A DNA stretch of 64,000 nt, taken from positions 55,602-119,601 of the forward strand of contig WXFD01000043.1 of the NCBI GenBank assembly GCA_009877105.1, written 5' to 3'. The notes beneath the pieces are model-generated. The model made no database searches, was not told the origin of the DNA, and saw only the letters and a program-made list of their open reading frames with translations. Of the stretch, positions 17,655 through 25,675 are shown piece after piece; position 1 is the stretch's first letter; each line of letters starts with the position of its first letter. A program made the position numbers and the translations under genes. Source of the stretch: Bacteroidales bacterium (GTDB lineage: Bacteria > Bacteroidota > Bacteroidia > Bacteroidales > VadinHA17).

Positions 17655-18812
17655 ATGAAAAGCAACGATAAAAATCGCCGGAAGATTGAAGGGAATAGAT
17701 TGCTTTCGCTTGACGCCCTGCGGGGTTTTGATATGCTCTGGATAATAGGGGGCGGTTCTGTCATCACTTCACTTGCCGGACTGACAGGGGCTCCATGGCT
17801 GAAAGCGCTTGCAGTTCAAATGACACATGTCACATGGATAGGCTTCCGCTTCTACGATCTTATATTTCCCCTGTTTATGTTTATTGCAGGAGTTGCAATA
17901 CCATTTTCAGTAAAATCATCCCTCTCGAAAGGTTTCGTACGCAGCAGGCTTGTATGGAAGATATTCAGAAGAATGCTCGTACTTATTTTGCTTGGAATTC
18001 TGTACAACGGGGTGTTTCGCGATGGTTTTGACAATGCCAGGTATGCCAGTGTTCTGGGCCAGATAGGCATTGCGTATTTCTTTGCATCACTTGTATACAT
18101 ATTCTCAGGATCGTCAAGGACAATAATATTCTGGCTGACAGGAATACTTGCAGGTATTTCAGTATTACAGCTTTTTGTACCGGTACCAGGCGCGGGGGCA
18201 GGTGTACTGACTCCTGAAGGGCACATCAACGGCTATATCGACCGGATGCTTCTGCCCGGCAGGCTGGCATATGGCCCGGAAGGCATGCTGGGAGCAGGCC
18301 AGCAGGGTATTTATGATGCTCTTGGATGGCTGAGTATAGTGTCAGCAATAGGTATTACACTTATGGGAATAGTTGCCGGAAGGATCCTTCAGGACCGCGG
18401 GCTTTCCGGATACGGGAAGTCAGGAATTCTTGCCGGCACCGGTGCAGTACTCATCGCTGCAGGTTTAGTCCTGTCACCCGTTTATCCGGTGATAAAAGCA
18501 TGCTGGACCACCACCTACAATTTACTTGCCGGGGGAATAAGCTTTATCCTGATGTCGCTGTTCTACCTGGTGATCGATGTCTGGAATTTAAGGAAATGGT
18601 CATTTTTCTTCAGGGTTATCGGAATGAACTCAATATTTGTATACTTGCTGGTTAGGATTGTACCTGTGGCAACAATTACAGGCTATTTTACCGGCTGGAT
18701 AACCAAACCGCTTGGAAATGCGGCAGAATTGGCTGAAGGTATTATATCTCTTCTGGCAGTATGGCTTTTGCTTTATTATCTGTATCGTAAAAATATTTTT
18801 ATCAGGGTGTGA
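17655..18812 (+). CDS. DUF5009 / HGSNAT-like transmembrane acyl(acetyl)transferase
   Basis: 385 aa with about 10 TM helices and the N-terminal signature RLLSLDALRGFDMLWIIGG. Confidence 0.75.
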   Translation: MKSNDKNRRKIEGNRLLSLDALRGFDMLWIIGGGSVITSLAGLTGAPWLKALAVQMTHVTWIGFRFYDLIFPLFMFIAGVAIPFSVKSSLSKGFVRSRLVWKIFRRMLVLILLGILYNGVFRDGFDNARYASVLGQIGIAYFFASLVYIFSGSSRTIIFWLTGILAGISVLQLFVPVPGAGAGVLTPEGHINGYIDRMLLPGRLAYGPEGMLGAGQQGIYDALGWLSIVSAIGITLMGIVAGRILQDRGLSGYGKSGILAGTGAVLIAAGLVLSPVYPVIKACWTTTYNLLAGGISFILMSLFYLVIDVWNLRKWSFFFRVIGMNSIFVYLLVRIVPVATITGYFTGWITKPLGNAAELAEGIISLLAVWLLLYYLYRKNIFIRV

Positions 18813-18944
18813 AGACTGTACGCAGAAACAGGTCTACTGATCACAACCTATTAAACCTGAAGGATCAAAAAATAGCTAAAAATAAACAAGGAGAGGGTTT
18901 TTACTATTGGTTTTTTCTATTTTTGTGGTTAATCGTTTTGATTA

Positions 18945-20102
18945 ATGAGAATCACTTTTCTCGGACCTGCATACCCTTACAGGGGAGGACTGGCAGCCTT
19001 TAATGAAAGACTGGCACGTCAGCTTATCTCTGAAGGCAAGGATGCTGATATTAAGACTTTTACCCTGCAATATCCTGCATTTTTATTCCCCGGGAAAACA
19101 CAATTTACTGTAGGCCCGCCGCCGGAAGATATTAGAATTACAAGGGAACTTAATTCAATAAATCCGTTCAGCTGGATAAGAACGGGGCTAAAACTAAAAA
19201 AGGAAAGGGCCGATATTCTTATAATAAGATATTGGATACCTTTTCTTGCGCCATGCCTTGGAATTGTTGCAAGGATTGTAAAATCGAATAAATACACTCT
19301 TGTAATTTCCATTGTGGACAATGCAATTCCTCATGAAAAAAGAGTAGGAGACAGGATGCTCACTAAGTTTTTTCTGAAGAGTATAGATGGTGCGATTGCC
19401 CTTTCGGAATTTGTTCAGAAAGATATTGAAGTTATGAGGCACGACATCCCTGTATGCCTTTCTCCTCATCCGCTTTTTGACAATTATGGCCGGAGACTTC
19501 CGAAGGAAGAAGCATTGGCATCGTTGAAGCTGGATCCGGCGTATTCCTACCTTCTTTTCTTCGGCATCATAAGAGAGTACAAGGGACTCAGTCTGCTTAT
19601 AGAAGCGCTGGCAAGCGTGCGAATCAGGAATAAGAAGATCAGGCTGATAGTTGCGGGTGAATTTTATGATAATCCCGCTCCATACAAAAAACTGATAAAA
19701 AAATATAATCTTGAAGATGAAATAATTTTTTTCGATCATTTTATTAATGATTCTGATGTCAGGCTCTTTTTCTGTGCTGCAGATCTTGTTGCTCAGCCAT
19801 ATAAGTCGGCCACTCAGAGTGGCGTCACTCAAATAGCATTTTATTTCGACAAGCCGGTCCTGGTAACAAAGGTTGGAGGGCTCAAGGAATTTGTTGAGCA
19901 TAACAGATACGGATATGTGGTAAATCCTGAACCGCGGTTTATATCGGAAGCCATTGCTGATTATTTTGAAAAGGAAAGGGAGAAGGATTTTTCAGCTGCC
20001 CTCAGGAAGGAGAAGGAAAAATATTCGTGGCATAAAATGACCGAATCAATAACGGAGGTTTTTTATAAATGCCTGCTTCAGCAGCTGATCAGTTCCCTTT
20101 AA
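18945..20102 (+). CDS. Glycosyltransferase family 4
   Basis: 385 aa. MRITFLGPAYPYRGGLAAFNERLARQL N-terminus and a C-terminal GT-B EX7E-type region (PYKSATQSGV...EF). Confidence 0.8.
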   Translation: MRITFLGPAYPYRGGLAAFNERLARQLISEGKDADIKTFTLQYPAFLFPGKTQFTVGPPPEDIRITRELNSINPFSWIRTGLKLKKERADILIIRYWIPFLAPCLGIVARIVKSNKYTLVISIVDNAIPHEKRVGDRMLTKFFLKSIDGAIALSEFVQKDIEVMRHDIPVCLSPHPLFDNYGRRLPKEEALASLKLDPAYSYLLFFGIIREYKGLSLLIEALASVRIRNKKIRLIVAGEFYDNPAPYKKLIKKYNLEDEIIFFDHFINDSDVRLFFCAADLVAQPYKSATQSGVTQIAFYFDKPVLVTKVGGLKEFVEHNRYGYVVNPEPRFISEAIADYFEKEREKDFSAALRKEKEKYSWHKMTESITEVFYKCLLQQLISSL

Positions 20103-20116
20103 ATAATCCGGGGATC

Positions 20117-21088
20117 TTATTTAACCGTATCTTTTTCAGTATTGATTCTCTCCCTCACGAGATAGATGTTCCTTTCTGTGGAGTTCCTGTTTATGAGCTC
20201 TGCAAGAAATCCTGTCAGAAAGAGCAGGGAACCAATGATCATGACGGTAAGGGCAATATAAAAATATGGGCTGTCGGTTACAAGAGGCGCCTTCAGGTTA
20301 TTTCCAATAAAAACCAGTTTTCTTATCCCCAGATATCCTGCCATAAAAAAACCTATTATGAACATAAGGGTTCCCAATGAGCCAAACAGGTGCATAGGAC
20401 TTTTTCCAAACCGGGTTATAAAACCTATTGTAAGCAGATCGAGATAACCTTTGATGAATCTGTCGACCCCGTATTTTGAGCTTCCGTATCTTCTCGGGCT
20501 GTGCTCAACAACTTTTTCTCCTATATTATTAAATCCGGATTTTTTTACAAGCAGAGGTATGTAACGGTGCATTTCTCCATACACCTCAATGCTTTTCACA
20601 ACCTCATTCCGGTACGCTTTAAGTCCGCAGTTAAAGTCATGAAGCCTGATGCCTGAATACATCCTTGCAGTACTGTTGTAGATCTTGCTGGTAAACCGCT
20701 TTATAAAGGGATCATATCTCTTCTTTTTCCATCCGGATACCATATCATAGCCTTCATTATTGATCATTCTGCAAAGTTCCGGTATCTCGTCGGGATTATC
20801 CTGAAGATCGGAATCCATTGTTATTACCACATCTCCTTCAGCCTCAGCAAATCCAGTGTGCAACGCTGCCGCCTTGCCATAGTTTTTCCTGAACCTGATC
20901 CCTTTAATATGTTTTGCTACTGATGCGAGCCGGCTGATAACCTGCCATGACGAATCGGTACTTCCATCATCAACAACAATGATTTCAAGGGAAAGCTTTT
21001 CTGCCGCACATACCTTTTCTATCTTCCGGATAAGTTCCGCGAGGGATTCTTCTTCATTGTAGACGGGTAATACTACCGAAAGATCCAT
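20117..21088 (-). CDS. Glycosyltransferase family 2, polyprenyl-phosphate sugar transferase type
   Basis: 323 aa. It has LSVVLPVYNEEESL, VVDDGSTD and DSDLQD motifs plus two C-terminal TM helices. Confidence 0.85.
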   Translation of the reverse strand: MDLSVVLPVYNEEESLAELIRKIEKVCAAEKLSLEIIVVDDGSTDSSWQVISRLASVAKHIKGIRFRKNYGKAAALHTGFAEAEGDVVITMDSDLQDNPDEIPELCRMINNEGYDMVSGWKKKRYDPFIKRFTSKIYNSTARMYSGIRLHDFNCGLKAYRNEVVKSIEVYGEMHRYIPLLVKKSGFNNIGEKVVEHSPRRYGSSKYGVDRFIKGYLDLLTIGFITRFGKSPMHLFGSLGTLMFIIGFFMAGYLGIRKLVFIGNNLKAPLVTDSPYFYIALTVMIIGSLLFLTGFLAELINRNSTERNIYLVRERINTEKDTVK

Positions 21089-21099
21089 GTAAATCAGAT

Positions 21100-21636
21100 T
21101 TAATTATTCTCAGGAGATTCAATTAGCGGATTACCTTCTTTCCTGATAAAAATGGATACCAATAGCGATAGCACAAGCCCTGTAATTATATTGCCCAGTA
21201 TACTGAAAGGAGCCATTATTCCGGGTTTGATGATTTTTTTCTGTATCGTCATGGCCGCATCCAGGGCGTCCTGCTGGATCCCCTTCTTCAGCATCTCTTC
21301 CTCTACAAAAACCAGCTGTTTTTCTGTAAGTCCAGGATCAATTACTGCATAAAGCAGATAAATGAACAATGCTGTAATGAGCGAATAGTAAATGAAAATG
21401 ACCATGCCCGCTCCCACCGACTGCCCGTAGGTGATATATCCATCCATATAATTATCCCTGTATGACTTTAGCAGAAAATACATTGCAATTATCAGAACAA
21501 GGTAAAACACATATCCCTGTGTCTTATTGAAGGAGAGATCAAGAAAATACATTACAAGGGAGTACACAATTCCAATAGAGCCAAGGATCAGTCCATTGTT
21601 CAGATTTGCCTTCCAGACGGACACTTTATTTTCCAT
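21100..21636 (-). CDS. DUF4199-like membrane protein
   Basis: The internal ATG at 21636 (MENKVSVWKANLNNGLILG...) gives 178 aa with four TM helices. The longer ORF to 21765 would run into the ffs promoter. Confidence 0.65.
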   Translation of the reverse strand: MENKVSVWKANLNNGLILGSIGIVYSLVMYFLDLSFNKTQGYVFYLVLIIAMYFLLKSYRDNYMDGYITYGQSVGAGMVIFIYYSLITALFIYLLYAVIDPGLTEKQLVFVEEEMLKKGIQQDALDAAMTIQKKIIKPGIMAPFSILGNIITGLVLSLLVSIFIRKEGNPLIESPENN

Positions 21637-21754
21637 ACGCGGTGAAATAATACTGGTCAATAAAAAAACGATAATCAACAAATATACTGTAATTTCATAA
21701 AAGCTGCCATCGGTTAAAACGGAATATTTATTTGGGCTTGATGAAGGAAATTTA

Positions 21755-21762
21755 TACTTTTG
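21755..21762 (+). promoter_or_regulatory. ffs promoter (-7 TACTTTTG; TTTG at 21731-21734)
   Basis: TAnnTTTG match 5 nt before the SRP RNA 5' end, with a -33-like TTTG 21 nt upstream. Confidence 0.5.
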
Positions 21763-21766
21763 CAAC

Positions 21767-21863
21767 GGGTAAGTCTTATACGACCAGCTCCTGCTGAACT
21801 CCCCCAGGATCGGAAGGTAGCAAGGGTAGGCAGTCGTAGCGGTGCGATATAAGTAGCTTACCC
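21767..21863 (+). ncRNA. ffs: Signal recognition particle RNA (small/4.5S type)
   Basis: The terminal helix is GGGTAAG...CTTACCC. The conserved domain IV core CCCAGGATCGGAAGGTAGCAAGGGTAGGCAG corresponds to E. coli CCAGGUCAGGUCCGGAAGGAAGCAGCCAAGGCAG. Confidence 0.85.
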
Positions 21864-22025
21864 ATTTTATTTGAACCCGTAATAAAACTGTGTTAATTAA
21901 TGAACAAAACCTGGAATTTCCGGAACCATATTTGATTTCTGTATCTGCTGATCATATGAATATCAGGTTTCCCGCTCATTTCTACCCGTTGTTTTTTTAT
22001 CATATCCACACTAATTGCTACGGTC

Positions 22026-22640
22026 ATGTTGCTTCGTATTTATCCTGAAAATCCTAATCCGAAACGTATCAGGATGGTTGTTGACGCACTTGCTTCAGGC
22101 AGCATCATAATTTATCCTACCGATACCATATATGCTATGGGATGTGACATAAAGGCTGTGAAAACCATTGAAAGAATTGCGCGTTTCAAAGGATTGAACC
22201 CCCTGAATCCCGACCTGTCAATTATATTTCATGATATGAGTCAGCTTTCGGAATATACCGTCATAAGAGACAATACGGTGTTTAAACTTCTCAAGAGGAA
22301 CCTTCCGGGACCTTTTACATTTATAGTCAAAGCCAATAACCAGATCCCGCGGTTGTTCAAGAACAGGAAGAAGACTGTCGGAATAAGGATACCCGACAAC
22401 GACATTGTACGGGAGATTGTCAGGGAGCTGGGCAGACCATTGGTTACGGCCTCTATTCACGAAAGTGATGAAATAGTTGAATATATCACTGATCCGGAGC
22501 TTATACATGAAAAGTACAAAGATCTTGCAGAGATAATTGTTGACGGAGGTTATGGTAAGAACGAAGCGTCAACCGTAGTGGACTGTACCACTGATGAAAT
22601 TCAGATCATACGGCAGGGGCTCGGGATACTTGAGATGTAA
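22026..22640 (+). CDS. tsaC: L-threonylcarbamoyladenylate synthase (YrdC/TsaC family)
   Basis: 204 aa. The YrdC-domain signature IIIYPTDTIYAMGCD and motifs KKTVGIRIP and ASTVVD are present. Confidence 0.85.
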   Translation: MLLRIYPENPNPKRIRMVVDALASGSIIIYPTDTIYAMGCDIKAVKTIERIARFKGLNPLNPDLSIIFHDMSQLSEYTVIRDNTVFKLLKRNLPGPFTFIVKANNQIPRLFKNRKKTVGIRIPDNDIVREIVRELGRPLVTASIHESDEIVEYITDPELIHEKYKDLAEIIVDGGYGKNEASTVVDCTTDEIQIIRQGLGILEM

Positions 22641-22670
22641 TCTGGTTACGGGGGAGCGGCATTTGCAAAT

Positions 22671-24122
22671 TCATTTTTTGTAAAATGATCTTGTAAAGAA
22701 AACCATAACGGCCAGTAATTCCATTCGCCCTGTGAGCATAAGCCCTGATAACAGCAGTTTTCCGGTATTGCTGACTTCTGTGAAACTGGAAAAAGGCCCG
22801 AAAGTACCAACACCCGGACCTATATTGCCAAGCATGGATATGGAAGTGCTCAATGAAGTAAGGATGTCATAATCCATCATTGAAATCACCAGGGTTCCCA
22901 GGCATGCCATAATCAGATATATTGCAGTAAAAACCAGCAGGTTAATTACTATATTCTCCGGTATTATCCTGTGTTCAACACGAACCGGTAAATAAGCGCT
23001 CGGATGAACAAGTCTTCTGATCACACTCCTGCTGTTTTTTATAACGATGATCAACCTTGTAATTTTTATGCCGCCGCTGGCAGATCCTGTCATTCCTCCG
23101 ATAAACATCAATATTATAATGATCAGTACAGGGAAGCTGCCCCAGTGACTGTAATCAGTCGTATAGTATCCGGTGGTGGTCAGGATTGAAATGACGTGGA
23201 AAAAGCCATCGGATACAGCGCCTCCCGGGCCTGACTTCTGATGGAAGAAAAGTATGACAGATACCACGACGGAGATTGTCAGAACAATTACCGTATAAAT
23301 CTTCAGTTCGTCATTCTGGAATATCTTCCTGTAATTTCTTTTGGCTGCAAAATAGAAAAGGGAGATGTTGGTTGCAGCCAGAAACATAAACAAGGTGATC
23401 ACTGTTCTTATCCATGGGGAAGTAAAGGCAGCAATTCCATTATTACGGGTTGAAAATCCACCAGTTGACAATGTTGACATTGAATGGCAGAATGCGTCGA
23501 ATAACGACATTCTTCCCAACATCAGCAACACTGTTTCAATTAATGTCAGGCTTATGTAAACTGTAGCAAGTCTTTTGGCGATATCCATTGTTTTCGGAAG
23601 GATCTTGTCAGCGGTCTGGCCGGAAAACTCATTTGTTGGCAGCTGAATATTAAGTGACCTGGAAATCGGAAGCACATAAAGCGAAAGGGATATGGTTACA
23701 AAGCCGCCGATCCATTGAGTGAGGCATCTCCAGAAAAGGATGCCTTTAGGCAGCGATTCGATATCCCGGAAGATGGTTGCATTGGTTGTTGTGAATCCCG
23801 AAATTGATTCAAACAAGGCATCGGCAAATGAACCAGTGATATGACCCAGCAGAAATGGAAGTGTCCCGAACAGGCTGAACATCAGAAAGGTAAACAGGCT
23901 GATTATGTAGCCTTCCCTGGTCCCGAATGTTTTTTCAGTATTTCTCAGAGGAGTAAAAACCAGAATGCCTGTCACAAGAGTTATAAGTGCGGAGTAAAGG
24001 AAAACTGCAGCAGTTTGTCGTTCATCCGTTAAAAGGGATATTCCGGCAGTAAGCAGAAAAAGGAAGCCTTCAAGGATTAGTACCTGGCTGATTGCTCTTG
24101 CGACAATCCTGAAATTGAGCAT
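22671..24122 (-). CDS. trkH: Trk-type potassium uptake membrane subunit TrkH
   Basis: 483 aa polytopic protein with repeated pore-loop motifs (TTTGF/TGGFS/TTTGY/GGIK), lying adjacent to trkA. Confidence 0.85.
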   Translation of the reverse strand: MLNFRIVARAISQVLILEGFLFLLTAGISLLTDERQTAAVFLYSALITLVTGILVFTPLRNTEKTFGTREGYIISLFTFLMFSLFGTLPFLLGHITGSFADALFESISGFTTTNATIFRDIESLPKGILFWRCLTQWIGGFVTISLSLYVLPISRSLNIQLPTNEFSGQTADKILPKTMDIAKRLATVYISLTLIETVLLMLGRMSLFDAFCHSMSTLSTGGFSTRNNGIAAFTSPWIRTVITLFMFLAATNISLFYFAAKRNYRKIFQNDELKIYTVIVLTISVVVSVILFFHQKSGPGGAVSDGFFHVISILTTTGYYTTDYSHWGSFPVLIIIILMFIGGMTGSASGGIKITRLIIVIKNSRSVIRRLVHPSAYLPVRVEHRIIPENIVINLLVFTAIYLIMACLGTLVISMMDYDILTSLSTSISMLGNIGPGVGTFGPFSSFTEVSNTGKLLLSGLMLTGRMELLAVMVFFTRSFYKK

Positions 24123-24128
24123 ATCGTA

Positions 24129-25469
24129 TCAGGTGAAGAATTTTGAGATTTTTTCGTATGCCGAAGGCAGGGTAAAAACCACAACCTTGTCGTTTACCTT
24201 GATAATGGTATCGCCAGTTGCAATATATGGCACTCCGTCCCTGGTTCCTCCGCCAACAATTGCATCGCGGGGAAAGTCAAGGCCGCGCAGCGTTCCTTTT
24301 GTGATCCTGGCGTTTTCCGGGACGTTGAATTCAATAACCTCAGCATCTGTTCCGGTCATGTATTTTACCTGGGTGACATTCTGGTTTGACGTGTGCCTGA
24401 AGATCCTGCTTGCCGCCGATATCTTTTTGTTAATTATGGTATCGATGCCTGTGTTCTCAGCCAGACTAATGTATTCCATGTTTTCAACTTCAGCAATGGT
24501 CTTTTTAACTCCGAATTTTTTAGCCAGAAGGCATGAAAGAATATTTGTTTCCGAATTCCCTGTAACTGCAACGAATGCATCCATTTCAGAAATGCCCTCC
24601 TGTTCCAGGACCTCCACATCACGGCAGTCGCCGTTAATGATTAGGGTGTCATCAAGAATCTCGGACAGAGCCTGGCATTTTGCCGGATCAGAATCAATAA
24701 GCTTGACCTCACAGCTTTTCTGCATGTAAAGTGCGACATGCTTGCCAATCCTGCTGCCACCAAGAATCATTATCCTTTTAGCCTCAAAGCTCTTTTTGCC
24801 CGATCTGGCCATCATTTCAGCAATCCCTTCATTTGTAGAGATAACGAAAACCGTATCGTCGAGGAAAAAACGATCCTGCCCTTTTGGAATAATTGTCTTA
24901 TCATTTCGTTTAATGGCTACAGCCCTGAATTTATCGGTGCTGTGATCAATTGACATTTCTTCCAGGGTTTTGTTCAGGATAGGAGCGTTTTCATCGAGTT
25001 TCTGAACATACATGGCGAGCTTTCCTCCACAGAACTCCATGAATTCAGTAGTTCCTGTCTCATGAAGCAGGCCGAGCACCTCCCTGGCGGCAATGAGCTC
25101 AGGATAAATCAATGAGTCAATTCCAAGCGACTTGAAAAATTCAAGGGTCGAGTGTTCCAGGTAATCAAGATTGTCGATGCGTGCAATCGTTTTTACTGCC
25201 CCGAACTTTTTGGCCAGAATTGATGAGGTGATATTCGTGTCCTCCCAATGAGTGACTGCAATGAACAGGTCAGTCTTTTTCTGCAGTATGTCCCGGAGAA
25301 GGTTTACGGATGTCGCCGATCCGACATAGGTGAGAACATCAAGTGATGAGTCAAGGGGTTTGAGATGATCCTCCTCGGTATCAACAAGGATGATATCGTG
25401 GTTTTCATTCGACAGCATTTTTGCAAGGTGAGTTCCTACTTCTCCTGCTCCGGCAATTACAATTCTCAT
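24129..25469 (-). CDS. trkA: Trk system NAD-binding subunit TrkA
   Basis: The internal ATG at 25469 gives MRIVIAGAGEVGTHLAKML (Rossmann GxGxxG). A second RCK half starts RIMILGGSRIGKHVA. 446 aa. Confidence 0.9.
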   Translation of the reverse strand: MRIVIAGAGEVGTHLAKMLSNENHDIILVDTEEDHLKPLDSSLDVLTYVGSATSVNLLRDILQKKTDLFIAVTHWEDTNITSSILAKKFGAVKTIARIDNLDYLEHSTLEFFKSLGIDSLIYPELIAAREVLGLLHETGTTEFMEFCGGKLAMYVQKLDENAPILNKTLEEMSIDHSTDKFRAVAIKRNDKTIIPKGQDRFFLDDTVFVISTNEGIAEMMARSGKKSFEAKRIMILGGSRIGKHVALYMQKSCEVKLIDSDPAKCQALSEILDDTLIINGDCRDVEVLEQEGISEMDAFVAVTGNSETNILSCLLAKKFGVKKTIAEVENMEYISLAENTGIDTIINKKISAASRIFRHTSNQNVTQVKYMTGTDAEVIEFNVPENARITKGTLRGLDFPRDAIVGGGTRDGVPYIATGDTIIKVNDKVVVFTLPSAYEKISKFFT

Positions 25470-25675
25470 GGCATCGATAAATAGCAAGACAAAATAAGAT
25501 ATAAATAGCATAAAACTCAAGTTTTTATGGCTGTATTTTACATGTTCTGACCCCGGGGCCTTCCGGACAAACAAACCGAAGCATGCAAAAAACTGAGCCT
25601 GCCTGGCCGGAAATATTGGTTTGGACTTCCCGGATCAAAATACCAGGCTTGTTTGTACCAGGCTCATTGCAAGGA

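Noticed and set aside
19194-19901. 235-aa minus-strand ORF inside the GT4 gene
   Set aside because: It is antisense to a clear glycosyltransferase, and its Lys/Phe/Ile-rich translation is typical of an AT-rich antisense frame.
21637-21765. N-terminal extension of the DUF4199 ORF (start at 21765)
   Set aside because: The extension would overlap the ffs promoter and abut the SRP RNA. The internal Met (MENK...) gives the usual family length.
24115-24729. 204-aa plus-strand ORF antisense to trkA
   Set aside because: It lies entirely within trkA on the other strand and has no recognisable features.
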